Positions 29,539 through 38,855 of a DNA stretch of 64,000 nucleotides are shown piece after piece. The position numbers and the translations under genes were made by a program. The notes under the pieces were generated by a model, which had not been told where the DNA came from, did no database searches, and was given only the letters and a program-made list of their open reading frames with translations. The stretch's first letter is position 1; every line of letters starts with the position of its first letter. The DNA lies in assembly GCA_046328155.1 (NCBI GenBank), contig JAXLXC010000002.1:63129-127128 (forward strand), read 5' to 3'. Source of the stretch: Chloroflexota bacterium. GTDB lineage: Bacteria; Chloroflexota; Limnocylindria; Limnocylindrales; CSP1-4.

Positions 29539-30509
29539 CCGCCGCGACCGTCGGGGCCGCCGCCCGCCCCAGCATCGCGTCGGTCGCGGACCGGTTGGGC
29601 GGCGGTCTTGCGTGGCTCGCGGTGGCCATCGCCATCGTGGTCGGCTTCCTGCTGAACCCCGACCTGGTCGCGCCGGCGCAGCTGGCCGTCATCGCCCGCC
29701 AGGCGGCGCCCTTGGGCCTGCTGGCGGTCGGCCAGACCGTGGTGATCCTCGCCCGCGGCTTCGACCTGTCCATGGGTGGGGTGGTCGCGCTCGTGACCGT
29801 CCTCGCCGCCAACCTGTTCGGCGGCGCGGGCGAACCCCTGCTGGTGGTGCCCATCTGCCTCGCGGTGGGCGCCCTCGTGGGAGCCGTCAACGGGGCGGGG
29901 GTGGTGTTCGGACGGGTCTCGCCGCTCATCATGACCCTGGGCATGGCGTTCATCCTCTCCGGCGCGGCGCTCGTGTTCACGGGCGGCGCGCCCACGGGCG
30001 AGGTGCCGGACGCGATCCAGGCCATCTCGGCGACCCGCTGGCTGGGCGTGTCGACGTCCGTCTGGATCTGGCTGCTGGTCGCCGCCCTGGCCATCGGCGT
30101 CCTGCGTACCACGCGGCCAGGGCGCTTCGTCTATGCGTTCGGCTCCAGCCCGGATGCGGCGCGCCTGTCCGCGGTGCCGGTGCGGCGCGTCGAGATGCTG
30201 GCCTATGTCGTCGCGGGTCTGTGCGCGGCCGGTGGTGGTCTGTTGCTGGCCGGCTTCGTGGGCAGCGGCAGCCTGGGTGCCGGGCAGGACCTGCTGCTCC
30301 AGTCGGTGGCGGCGGTCGTCATCGGCGGTACCACGTTCGCAGGTGGGAAGGGGGGTGTCTCGGGAAGCGTCGCGGGAGCGTTCTTCCTGACCCTGGTCAG
30401 CGCCATCCTCACGGGGCTGGGCATCGCCAGGTTCGGGAATCTCATCACCCAGGGGCTCGTGATCGCGGGCGCGGCGGTCTTGTTCCGTCGTCGCGCCTGG
30501 ACACGCTAG
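29535..30509 (+). CDS. ABC transporter permease (ribose/CUT2 type)
   Basis: ATGA overlap with the kinase gene. IARQAAPLGLLAVGQTVVILARGFDLSMG and GGTTFAGGKGGVSGS. Confidence 0.85.
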   Translation: MTAATVGAAARPSIASVADRLGGGLAWLAVAIAIVVGFLLNPDLVAPAQLAVIARQAAPLGLLAVGQTVVILARGFDLSMGGVVALVTVLAANLFGGAGEPLLVVPICLAVGALVGAVNGAGVVFGRVSPLIMTLGMAFILSGAALVFTGGAPTGEVPDAIQAISATRWLGVSTSVWIWLLVAALAIGVLRTTRPGRFVYAFGSSPDAARLSAVPVRRVEMLAYVVAGLCAAGGGLLLAGFVGSGSLGAGQDLLLQSVAAVVIGGTTFAGGKGGVSGSVAGAFFLTLVSAILTGLGIARFGNLITQGLVIAGAAVLFRRRAWTR

Positions 30510-30535
30510 TCCCGGCTCGCAGGAGGTCGATCGTC

Positions 30536-31696
30536 ATGTCATCCATCCACGCGTGGCGGCGGAGTGCCACGTTCCTGGCCGCCTCGGCGCTCGTCGTCGT
30601 CGGCAGCATCGGCGTCGTCCAGGCGCAGGACGCGTCCGGATCACCGGCGGCCGGCGGTGCCGCGTGCGCCGTCGGCTCGAGCGACGTCGGGATCCCGAGC
30701 GGGACCGATGTCGCGCTGTTCACCCAGATGACGCCCCTCGACGGCAGTGCCACGGTGGACACGACCGCCTTCGCCAAGGACGGGCCGTACACCATCGGGT
30801 TCTCCGACTGGGGGCTGGTCAACAGCCATCGCGTCCAGACCCGCGGCGCGATGGAGATCCTGGCCCGCGAGCTGGGGGTCGACCTCCAGATCACGGACGC
30901 CGGGGGTGACACCACCAAGCAGATCGCGGATGTGGACGACCTGCTCACGCGGGGCGTCGACGCGCTGGTCATCGCTCCTGCGGTGGCTGACGCGCTCGGT
31001 CCCGCCATCGACCGCGCCGCGGACGCGGGCATCCCGGTCATCGTGTTCCAGAGCTCGCCGGGCACCGACCGATACACGTCGTTCGTGCGTGCGGACGACG
31101 CGCAGTTCGGCCAGGCGGGCATGGCCCAGCTGGCCGAGGACATGGGCGGCGCCGGCAACCTCATCGCCCTCCGGGGCGTCGCGGGCAACCCGGTCGAGAC
31201 GGCCCGCTACGAGGGCTTCCGGTCGGTCGCGGACACCTTCCCCGACATCAAGATCGTGGGTGAGGACTACGGCGACTGGAACGAGGACAAAGGCAAGTCG
31301 ATCGCCCAGAACATGCTGGCTGCCAACCCCCAGATCGACGGGGTCTGGTCCTCTGGCGCGGCGATGACCAAGGGCGCCATCGCGGCGTTCCAGGAGGCCG
31401 GTCGGGACCTGCCGCCCATGAGCGGCGAGCACCTCAACGGCTTCCTCAAGCTGTGGCAGGAGCTGGGCATCAAGAGCGTCGCGCCGGTCTATCCCAGCTG
31501 GATGGGCCCCGAGGCCCTCAAGCTGGCCGTCCTCGCGCTCCAGGGGCAGTGCGTCTCCAAGGACTACTTGGTCCTGCCGCCTGCCATCACCAATGCCGAC
31601 CTTGCCAGCGCGGTGAAGCCGGATGTCTCGGACGACTACTGGGTGGAGGGCTACCTCTCCGACGAGCAGATCGCCGAGATCTTCCCCCAGCAGTAG
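30536..31696 (+). CDS. periplasmic sugar-type ABC substrate-binding protein (paralog of 15228..16339)
   Basis: AGGAGG-N9-ATG at 30536. Signal peptide ...VVGSIGVVQAQDASG. Shares AFAKDGPY..., QIxDVxDL..., VDGVWS blocks with the first binding protein. Confidence 0.8.
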   Translation: MSSIHAWRRSATFLAASALVVVGSIGVVQAQDASGSPAAGGAACAVGSSDVGIPSGTDVALFTQMTPLDGSATVDTTAFAKDGPYTIGFSDWGLVNSHRVQTRGAMEILARELGVDLQITDAGGDTTKQIADVDDLLTRGVDALVIAPAVADALGPAIDRAADAGIPVIVFQSSPGTDRYTSFVRADDAQFGQAGMAQLAEDMGGAGNLIALRGVAGNPVETARYEGFRSVADTFPDIKIVGEDYGDWNEDKGKSIAQNMLAANPQIDGVWSSGAAMTKGAIAAFQEAGRDLPPMSGEHLNGFLKLWQELGIKSVAPVYPSWMGPEALKLAVLALQGQCVSKDYLVLPPAITNADLASAVKPDVSDDYWVEGYLSDEQIAEIFPQQ

Positions 31697-31703
31697 GAGC
31701 CAT

Positions 31704-33281
31704 GTGGCGCGGGTGCCCGGTGCACGGGTGCCCGCGCCACCAGCCACAGTGGTCGACCAGTTGAGCCATCCCGACCCCGCAGCGACCCTGGAGGCCGTGG
31801 ACGTCGTCAAGGCGTTCGGCGGCCCGCCGGTGCTGCGGAACGTGACCATCGATGTCCGGGCTGGCGAGGTGCACGCCATCGTGGGCGAGAACGGGGCGGG
31901 CAAGTCGACCCTGGTCAACCTGCTCGCCGGCGTGCTGCGGCCGGACGGAGGCGATGTCCGTCTCGATGGGGCGCCGGTGCGCTTCGAGGCGCCACGGGAT
32001 GCTGCCTCGGCCGGCATCCACCTGGTGCACCAGGAGCTGGCGCTCCTGCCGCAGGCGAGCGTCGTGGAGAACGTGTTCCTGGGTGGCGAGCTGGCCGGCC
32101 GGGGTGGGCTCCTCGCCTGGCGCACCATGCGCCGACGCACCGCGGAGGTCCTGGCGCGGCTTGGTGCGACCGCCCGGCCGGGGGATCGCGTCAACACGCT
32201 CAGCGTCGCGCAGCGCCAGCTCGTGGAGATCGCCCGCGCGCTCGTGGGCGACGCCAGGGTGCTCATCCTGGACGAACCCACCGCGGCGCTCTCGCCCGCG
32301 GAGGCCGAAGCCCTGTTCGCCGTCATCCGTGACCTGCGAGCCGAGGGGCGGTCGATCATCTACATCAGCCATCGCCTGTCCGAGGTGCTCGACCTCGCGG
32401 ACCGGGTGTCGGTGCTCAAGGACGGACAGCTCGTGCTGACGCGACCTGCGTCGGGGCTCACGGCAGGCGATGTGGTGCGGGCCATGGTGGGCCGACCGCT
32501 GGCGGACCTGTATCCGGCGAGGCCCGACGTGCCACCTGGCGGCCTCCCGGCGCTGGAGGTCCATGGCCTCATCGACCCGCCGACCCTGAGCGGCGCGGAG
32601 GTCGTGGTCCAGGTGGGCGAGATCGTCGGCATCGCGGGCCTCGAGGGCCAGGGCCAGGACGAGCTCCTGGCGTGTCTCGCCGGGGATCGCCGGCCGGTGC
32701 TCGGCGAGGCGCGCATCCATGGCGTCCCCGTGCGCTGGGGTGACGTCCGATGCATGGTCGACCAGGGAATCGGGTTCGTCCCGGAGGACCGCAAGACGCA
32801 GGGACTGCTCCTGGGCGAGTCCTCCATCCGCAACATCTCGCTGCCGTCGCTGGGGGACCTGACGCGCTTCGGGATCATCCAGCGAGCCCGCGAGTCGGAG
32901 CTCGGTCGGCGCATGGCCGCCGCGCTCGGCGTCCGAGGGTCGGTGGAGGGCCCCGTGGGCTCCCTGTCGGGCGGCAACCAGCAGAAGGTGGTCCTCGCCA
33001 AGTGGTTGGCGCGGGAGCGTCGGGTGCTGCTCCTCAACCAGCCCACCCGCGGCGTCGACGTGGGCGCCAAGGCCGAGATCTACGCGTTGCTGCGGGAGTT
33101 CACCGCCGCCGGCGGCGCCGTGCTGCTGACGAGCCGCGAGCTCCCCGAGATCCTGGGGCTGTGCGACAGGGTCCTGGTGGTGCGGCGGGGCCGGATCACG
33201 GCCGACCTGGCACAACCCACCACCGAGGAGGCCGTGATGGCCGCCGCCACGGGTGGCGTCCTGGACGAGGAGGCCGCGTGA
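31704..33281 (+). CDS. sugar-type ABC transporter ATP-binding protein, two fused ABC domains
   Basis: GENGAGKST, LSVAQRQLVEIARAL, LILDEPTAAL, LSGGNQQKVVLAKWL. Start is approximate (GTG 31704). Confidence 0.85.
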   Translation: MARVPGARVPAPPATVVDQLSHPDPAATLEAVDVVKAFGGPPVLRNVTIDVRAGEVHAIVGENGAGKSTLVNLLAGVLRPDGGDVRLDGAPVRFEAPRDAASAGIHLVHQELALLPQASVVENVFLGGELAGRGGLLAWRTMRRRTAEVLARLGATARPGDRVNTLSVAQRQLVEIARALVGDARVLILDEPTAALSPAEAEALFAVIRDLRAEGRSIIYISHRLSEVLDLADRVSVLKDGQLVLTRPASGLTAGDVVRAMVGRPLADLYPARPDVPPGGLPALEVHGLIDPPTLSGAEVVVQVGEIVGIAGLEGQGQDELLACLAGDRRPVLGEARIHGVPVRWGDVRCMVDQGIGFVPEDRKTQGLLLGESSIRNISLPSLGDLTRFGIIQRARESELGRRMAAALGVRGSVEGPVGSLSGGNQQKVVLAKWLARERRVLLLNQPTRGVDVGAKAEIYALLREFTAAGGAVLLTSRELPEILGLCDRVLVVRRGRITADLAQPTTEEAVMAAATGGVLDEEAA

Positions 33282-34291
33282 GCCCGCTCCGCGCCGGGCG
33301 GACGGAACTCCGGTCCCGCCTGTCGATGGATCCAGCCGCGATGCCTGCGATGGCGTTCCTGTGCCTGCTCCTGGTCGCCGGGACCCTCCTGAGCGACGTG
33401 TTCCTGTCGGTGCGCAACATCGGCAACGTGCTGACCAACGTCACGCCGCTCCTGCTCATCGCGGTGGGTCAGACCTTCGTCATCGGGTCGCGTGGCCTGG
33501 ACCTGTCGGTGGGTGTGGTCGCGACGCTCGCCGCGACCATCGTCGCAACGCTCGGACCGCAGCTGGGTCTGCTTGGGGTCGTCGTGGCGCTGGGTGCCGG
33601 CGCCCTGGTTGGGCTGGTCAATGGCCTGGGCGTGCGTTGGGGGCTGGAGCCGTTCCTGATGACGCTCGCCTCGCTGTCGGTGGTCCAGGGCATCGTGTTC
33701 ATCTACCAGCCATCGCCAGGCGGGACCGTGCCAGCCGAGTTGACCGGTGTCGCGGGGACGCTCGGCCCGATTCCCGTGGCGCTGCCCATCGTGGTCCTGG
33801 CGACCCTGGCGGCCGCCGTGGTGCTGCGTCGGACCAGGCTCGGCGCGCACCTCCTGGCGAGCGGTGGCGACTCGGCCGTCGCGCGGCTCGCCGGCGTGCG
33901 CGTGGAACGGAGCCTCATGGCGGCCTACGTCATCTGCTCCACGCTGGCCGCGGTGGCCGGCGTGTACCTCGCGGCTCGGACCCGGACCGGCGACCCGCTC
34001 ATCGGGCAGGGCTTCACGCTCGACTCCGTCGCTGCGGTGGTCCTCGGTGGCTCGCTGCTCGCAGGCGGACGGGTGACGATCCTGGGCACCCTCGTGGGCA
34101 CCGTGTGCCTGGGTCTGCTGCCCAACGTGCTCAACCTGACCGGCGTCTCGTACGTCTACCAGCAGCCCATCAAGGGGCTGCTGCTCATCGCAGCGGTCCT
34201 GCTGCCCGCCGCGGTGGCTCGCATCGGTGCCGCGCGCCGTCGCCAGCACGCCGCGAGCCAGCTCGAAATGAGGGCAGCGAGCCTCCCCTGA
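33278..34291 (+). CDS. ABC transporter permease (ribose/CUT2 type)
   Basis: GTGA overlap with the ATPase gene. VLTNVTPLLLIAVGQTFVIGSRGLDLSVG and GGSLLAGGRVTILGT. Confidence 0.8.
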   Translation: MSPLRAGRTELRSRLSMDPAAMPAMAFLCLLLVAGTLLSDVFLSVRNIGNVLTNVTPLLLIAVGQTFVIGSRGLDLSVGVVATLAATIVATLGPQLGLLGVVVALGAGALVGLVNGLGVRWGLEPFLMTLASLSVVQGIVFIYQPSPGGTVPAELTGVAGTLGPIPVALPIVVLATLAAAVVLRRTRLGAHLLASGGDSAVARLAGVRVERSLMAAYVICSTLAAVAGVYLAARTRTGDPLIGQGFTLDSVAAVVLGGSLLAGGRVTILGTLVGTVCLGLLPNVLNLTGVSYVYQQPIKGLLLIAAVLLPAAVARIGAARRRQHAASQLEMRAASLP

Positions 34292-34324
34292 GCGAGTGCG
34301 CTTGGGCATCAAACCGAACAGACG

Positions 34325-34333
34325 TGCTATTAT
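34325..34333 (+). promoter_or_regulatory. extended -10 element placed for a leaderless HNH transcript
   Basis: TGcTATTAT at 34325-34333. The ATG of the HNH ORF begins 6 nt after the last T, and there is no Shine-Dalgarno. Confidence 0.45.
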
Positions 34334-34338
34334 GCGCC

Positions 34339-34971
34339 ATGGCGGTTCGTGACCAAAGGGAAGCCAACCGCGAGTACTACCGCCGCAACCGTGAGCGGGA
34401 GATTGAGCGGGTCCGCGCTCGACAGGATGCGACGAGGGACTTGCTCAGGAAGCTCCGGGAGCAGCCGTGCGCCGACTGCGGCCACTCCTTCCAGCCGTAC
34501 CAGATGGACTTCGATCATCTGGACTCGTCTGTCAAGGCATTCCGACTGACTGCAGGCAGCGCCATGCTCGCGCCCCGTCAGGTCATCGACAACGAAGTGG
34601 CGAAGTGCGAGATCCTGTGCGCGAACTGCCATCGGGTCCGGACCCGGGTCCGACATCACTCGTCGCGCCAAGCGGCAACCGGGAGCTCGCCGCGCCTCGA
34701 CTGGAAACGGGAGTCGTGGCGAGCCCAGGCCCGGCTGCTCGTCGGCCTCAAGGACGTTCCATGCGCTGACTGTGGCCTTCGGTTTCCTGCCTGCGCGATG
34801 GACTTCGATCACCGCGTCGGCACAGTGAAGCGCCAAGCGGTCAGCAGGATGATCGGACGTGCGGGAACAGACACGATCCTGGTCGAGGTCGCGAAGTGCG
34901 ATATCGTGTGCGCGAACTGCCACCGTGACCGGACGTTCCGCCGGCGCGGTCAGTCGAGCGGGCGGGAGTAG
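34339..34971 (+). CDS. tandem-duplicated HNH (His-Me finger) zinc-finger nuclease-like protein
   Basis: 210 aa. Basic N-terminus (REANREYYRRNREREIERVRARQD), then two modules: CADCGHSFQPYQMDFDH...KCEILCANCHRVRT and CADCGLRFPACAMDFDH...KCDIVCANCHRDRT. More A/T-ending codons than its neighbours. Confidence 0.75.
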   Translation: MAVRDQREANREYYRRNREREIERVRARQDATRDLLRKLREQPCADCGHSFQPYQMDFDHLDSSVKAFRLTAGSAMLAPRQVIDNEVAKCEILCANCHRVRTRVRHHSSRQAATGSSPRLDWKRESWRAQARLLVGLKDVPCADCGLRFPACAMDFDHRVGTVKRQAVSRMIGRAGTDTILVEVAKCDIVCANCHRDRTFRRRGQSSGRE

Positions 34972-35037
34972 CTCAGTTGGTGGAGCGCCAGCCTTCCAAG
35001 CTGGATGTCGCGGGTTCGAACCCCGTCTCCCGCTCCA
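34962..35037 (+). tRNA. tRNA-Gly (anticodon UCC), CCA encoded
   Basis: Manual fold: acceptor GCGGGAG/CTCCCGC, D-arm GCTC-AGTTGGTG-GAGC, anticodon stem CCAGC/GCTGG with loop CTTCCAA, variable ATGTC, T-arm GCGGG-TTCGAAC-CCCGT, discriminator T, CCA. Confidence 0.9.
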
Positions 35038-35059
35038 ATCCCTCCAACCGGACGTGCCG

Positions 35060-35566
35060 ATGCACCTCGCGCAGCTGAACATCGCCAGGCTGCGCGCCGA
35101 CCGGGATGACCCCATGGTCGCCGACTTCTTCGCGGCCATCGACCCCATCAACGCCATCGCGGACGTCAGTCCCGGCTTCGTCTGGCGGCTCCAGGAGGAG
35201 CCCGGCGACGCCACCGCAATCCGACCCTGGGACGACGACCGGCTGATCGTGAACCTGTCGGTCTGGGAGTCGATCGAGGCGCTCGACGAGTACGTGTACC
35301 GCGGTGCCCATACGGGGGTCATGCGACGTCGGCGCGAGTGGTTCGAGCGCCTCGGTCAGCGCTTCATGGTGCTGTGGTGGGTGCCGCCCGGTCACCGGCC
35401 CGACGTGGACGAGGCGAAGGCCCGGCTGGCGCACATCGAGCGCCATGAGCCCACGCCCCATGCATTCACGTTCCGACGCGCCTTCGCGGCGTCGGGGGAG
35501 GAGATGACGCGGCTCGACCGCGGCGCCGACTCATCGGACCAGGCCGCCGCGGCCCCCGTCGTCTGA
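35060..35566 (+). CDS. DUF3291-like protein
   Basis: 168 aa: MHLAQLNIARLRADRDDPMVADFF...SPGFVWRLQ...NLSVWESIEALDEYVYRGAH. Confidence 0.6.
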   Translation: MHLAQLNIARLRADRDDPMVADFFAAIDPINAIADVSPGFVWRLQEEPGDATAIRPWDDDRLIVNLSVWESIEALDEYVYRGAHTGVMRRRREWFERLGQRFMVLWWVPPGHRPDVDEAKARLAHIERHEPTPHAFTFRRAFAASGEEMTRLDRGADSSDQAAAAPVV

Positions 35567-35570
35567 CCGG

Positions 35571-36917
35571 CTACCGGGCGGTGACCTTGGCCGATGGTCC
35601 GAACTCCGACGTGTCGCCGCGATCCATGTCCGTGGCCGTCGCGGTGATCCGCGTGCCGAGTGCCAGCCGCGCGTCCACACGGAGCGTCCAGTCCGCCTTG
35701 CCGTCGCCGCGGGTCCCCACGTACACATAGCCCAGGAAGGTCCGTCCCTCGGGGTCGTTGCCCGGGCTCTGGAACACCTCGACGCGGTATGCGCGCTCGC
35801 GACGGGAGCTGAGGCTGCCCGTGATGCTGGTGCGCGATGCGCCCACGACCGCCGAGATCACCCTCGGCTTGTTCTGGAGGCGGTTGGCGCCACCGTCCGC
35901 GTCCGGCACCGCGTCGTTCCTGGTGGAGCCGTCGGCCCCCAGGTCGATGCCCAGACGCTCGTTGCCGCTGATGGAGTTGCGCAGGATTCGCACCTTGCGA
36001 GGCACGAGGTCGAGCGCCGTGATGGGCAGCAGGCTCACGCCGTTGCCCCGGTTGGCGGCGATGACGTTGCCTTGGCCAGCGGACTCGCCGCCGATGAGAT
36101 GGTCGCTGGACCCCGTGACGAACACGCCATCGCCGCCGTTGCCCAGGGCACTCTGGCCGTCACGCTGGGTGCCGATGAGGTTGCCCTGGACGGTGGCGCG
36201 GCGCGCCGCGATGCCGAGGCTGATGCCCGCGCTGTCGTTGGCGGAGATGACGTTCCGATCGGCGCGCGCCCCAGAGCCGACGCGCACGTCCGCGGCGTTG
36301 ACCAGGATGCCGCTGCCATGGTTGGGGCGCGCCTGATGGCCCGTCCGGTCGACGCCCACGAAGTTGCCCACGACCTTGCTGCCATCCGAGCCCGCGGACA
36401 GCTGGATGCCCCGCGAGAACCCATCGACCACCAACCCCCGGATGGTGACCGGCGCGCTGGCCTGGAGGCCCGCGGCACTGCCCGCGTCATCGCCCAGGAG
36501 GATGACCCGCATCCGTGCGTTGCTGCCCGTGGAGGCCGTGTTGGACGTGGCGCCGGCCTGGGTCGTGCCATCGATGGCCAGGGGAGCAGTGATGGTGGGC
36601 AGGGCCGACTTGGGTCGCAGCGTCTTGTAACTGTGGTCGCCCGTCTCGATGGCGAAGCGGATTCGGTCGGCCTCGGGCGAGGCGTTCGCCTCCATGATCG
36701 CGGCGCGCAGGGTGCAGCGACGCGCGTCGCTGGTGCTGCCGGCCGTCGCACAGCGGCCGTCGCCGGGGTCGCTGTCGGGCTTGTCGCCGTGCGATCGGAC
36801 AACGAACGTCGCCTCGGCCGCCATGCCGGGGACGCTCGTGACGATGCCGGCGCCGGCTCCCACGAGCGCGGCAAGCGAGAGGGACGCGAGGGCGTTGACT
36901 GGACGGATCGTGCGCAT
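35571..36917 (-). CDS. secreted right-handed beta-helix protein with CSLREA-type N-terminal motif
   Basis: Signal peptide MRTIRPVNALASLSLAALVGAGAG, then RCTLRAAIMEANASPEADRIRF. Repeated GNxIG/NxISAN turns (VGNFVG, NVISANDSAGISL, VQGNLIG, NVIAANRGNGVSL, NSISGNERLGIDL). Confidence 0.7.
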   Translation of the reverse strand: MRTIRPVNALASLSLAALVGAGAGIVTSVPGMAAEATFVVRSHGDKPDSDPGDGRCATAGSTSDARRCTLRAAIMEANASPEADRIRFAIETGDHSYKTLRPKSALPTITAPLAIDGTTQAGATSNTASTGSNARMRVILLGDDAGSAAGLQASAPVTIRGLVVDGFSRGIQLSAGSDGSKVVGNFVGVDRTGHQARPNHGSGILVNAADVRVGSGARADRNVISANDSAGISLGIAARRATVQGNLIGTQRDGQSALGNGGDGVFVTGSSDHLIGGESAGQGNVIAANRGNGVSLLPITALDLVPRKVRILRNSISGNERLGIDLGADGSTRNDAVPDADGGANRLQNKPRVISAVVGASRTSITGSLSSRRERAYRVEVFQSPGNDPEGRTFLGYVYVGTRGDGKADWTLRVDARLALGTRITATATDMDRGDTSEFGPSAKVTAR

Positions 36918-36986
36918 TCGGACCTCCTGCCCCGGACGCTACACGGCGCCGCCCGGCCCGACACCCAAGGGAGGGTGGTGGATGTG

Positions 36987-38273
36987 CTAGGAGTCCTTCA
37001 CCTTCTTGACGATGCTCCAGACCATGGCGACGGTCTGGCGCCCGATCCGCAGGTCGGTGTCCAGGATGTCGAAGTGGGTCGTGCCCTGCTCCAGCAGCAC
37101 CATGCGCACGTCATAGCGCGCCCGCTTGAGTGCGTCATAGAGATTCGTCGCATGCCCGATGCCCAGGTAGGGGTCGTGGCGCTCGAAGATGATGCCCACC
37201 TTGAGCTTGCGGTTCCGCCCGATGTGGTTGTAGATGGTGGCGCGGCGCCAGACATCGGGGATCGCGGCGCGGGTGCCACCCAGGAAGGCCTGGTCGATCC
37301 GGTAGCCGGTGTGGATCCCCGTCGCCGCCGCGACGGCCACGTAGCCCTGGGGCAGCGAGTCCTTGAGGGGTCGCTTGGAATGGCACGCGGCCCGGTCGCT
37401 CTTGAAGGTGTCGCCGACGAGGGCGGCCATCGCCCCCACGTAGCCGCCTTGGCTGTGCCCCACCAGCACCACGTCCGATGGGTCGCCACCATATCGGCGC
37501 GCCGTGGAGCGAGCCCAGCGGACGGCGCATGCGACGTCCGTGATGGATTCCGGGAAGCCCTTGGTGTAGGCGGGTCGGACGCCCCGATAGTCCACGTTGT
37601 AGACCACGGCGCCCTTGGCGGCGAGCGCGCGGGCCACCTCCGCCATGTCTCGCTGGGTGCGCGGGCGGCCGTGGATGGTGACGATGACCGGCCACGGTCC
37701 GTGATTGCTGGGGTAGTAGACGTCAGCGCGGTTGACGCAGCCTGCCGAGGATTCGCCGCACGGCAGGCGATCCATGTAGGCGATGCCGGTCCTCACGCGG
37801 ACCTTGCCGGGCTTCGTGGCGTGGGTCGGCGTCGGGGTGGGGGTGGGCTTGGGCGTCCGGGTCGGGCGGGGCGTGGGCGCCGCGGTTGGCGGGGGCGACG
37901 CGCTGGGCGAGGGGCTGGCTGCCGCCGATGCCTGGGCGACGAGGCCGGGGTCGCCGATCGAGGCGAACGCCGACGGACAGGGCGTCGGCGCTGGGGAGGC
38001 GAGGGCCACGGGGGACGCGCTGGCCACGGGCGGCGCGCTGGGTTGGGCCGATCCGGTCGCGCCCGGCGTCGGCGACTGCGGGCAGTCGGATGCGCCCGCG
38101 GGGCTGGGCGTCGCGCTGGGCAGGAGCGATGCGATCGCCTCGGCCGAGGCCTCGCCCGCGGGCGCCGAGCTCGGCACGGTCGTGGGGGTCGCGGCCAGGC
38201 CGGTCACGGCGACCGTCAGCGACAGGACCCAGGCCCCCAGGGCCGCCGACCGCAGCGGTCGGTGGCGTGTCAT
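36987..38273 (-). CDS. secreted alpha/beta-hydrolase (esterase/lipase-like) with Pro/Ala/Thr-rich linker
   Basis: Start MTRHRPLRSAALGAWVLSLTVAV (ATG 38273). Long PTPxP linker. Nucleophile elbow VLVGHSQGG. Confidence 0.7.
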   Translation of the reverse strand: MTRHRPLRSAALGAWVLSLTVAVTGLAATPTTVPSSAPAGEASAEAIASLLPSATPSPAGASDCPQSPTPGATGSAQPSAPPVASASPVALASPAPTPCPSAFASIGDPGLVAQASAAASPSPSASPPPTAAPTPRPTRTPKPTPTPTPTHATKPGKVRVRTGIAYMDRLPCGESSAGCVNRADVYYPSNHGPWPVIVTIHGRPRTQRDMAEVARALAAKGAVVYNVDYRGVRPAYTKGFPESITDVACAVRWARSTARRYGGDPSDVVLVGHSQGGYVGAMAALVGDTFKSDRAACHSKRPLKDSLPQGYVAVAAATGIHTGYRIDQAFLGGTRAAIPDVWRRATIYNHIGRNRKLKVGIIFERHDPYLGIGHATNLYDALKRARYDVRMVLLEQGTTHFDILDTDLRIGRQTVAMVWSIVKKVKDS

Positions 38274-38283
38274 CGACCGACCC

Positions 38284-38757
38284 TCACCCGCGCGGCGTAC
38301 CGGCGCTGCCGCGCGTCGCGGACTGCTCGAGCGCTCGGATCTTGTCCACGCGGCGGGCGTGGCGCCCACCCTGGAACTCGCCGTCGAGGAAGGCGCGGAC
38401 GCACGCGAGGGCCACCTCGAGGCCCACGATCCGGGCGCCCATGGACAGCACGTTCGCGTCGTTGTGCTCGCGCCCCAGGCGCGCCGTCACGGGGTCGGCT
38501 GCCTCCACGCACCGGATCCCCGGGACCTTGTTGGCCACGATCTGCTCGCCCGTGCCGCTGCCGCCCAGCACGATGCCGAGGTCGGCCTCGCCACGGGCGA
38601 CCGCCTGTGCCGCGGGTGCGATGACGTCGGGGTAGTCCACCGGCTGGGTGTCCCCGGTGCCCATGTCGACGGCGTCGTGACCGGCCGTCCGCAGCAGCTC
38701 GAGGATGGGTGACTTGAGCGGGAAGCCGGCGTGGTCCGCCGCGACGACGATGCGCAT
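38284..38757 (-). CDS. rpiB: ribose-5-phosphate isomerase B
   Basis: MRIVVAADHAGFPLK...GIVLGGSGTGEQIVANKVPGIRC...REHNDANVLSMGARIVG. Start reassigned to ATG 38757. Confidence 0.85.
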   Translation of the reverse strand: MRIVVAADHAGFPLKSPILELLRTAGHDAVDMGTGDTQPVDYPDVIAPAAQAVARGEADLGIVLGGSGTGEQIVANKVPGIRCVEAADPVTARLGREHNDANVLSMGARIVGLEVALACVRAFLDGEFQGGRHARRVDKIRALEQSATRGSAGTPRG

Positions 38758-38826
38758 GGGAATCGCGATCATACCCAAGGTTCGCGGAACGCCCCGGGCA
38801 GGGGTTGCCAGATGTGCGGATTTCGC

Positions 38827-38855
38827 TTCACAACACGCGGACCCATCGCTATAGT
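38827..38855 (+). promoter_or_regulatory. sigma70-like promoter TTCACA-N17-TATAGT
   Basis: -35 at 38827-38832 and -10 at 38850-38855, in a visibly lower-GC intergenic region. It would give a leader of about 140 nt before the zinc-ribbon gene. Confidence 0.5.

Noticed and set aside
34962-38300. Genomic island or prophage integrated at tRNA-Gly
   Set aside because: There is no integrase, excisionase or phage gene downstream, and no direct repeat of the tRNA 3' end is visible. The downstream genes have native high GC.
36072-38624. 850-aa ORF on the plus strand
   Set aside because: It is antisense to the beta-helix, hydrolase and rpiB genes. The composition is low-complexity Arg/Gly/Ala. Shadow ORF.
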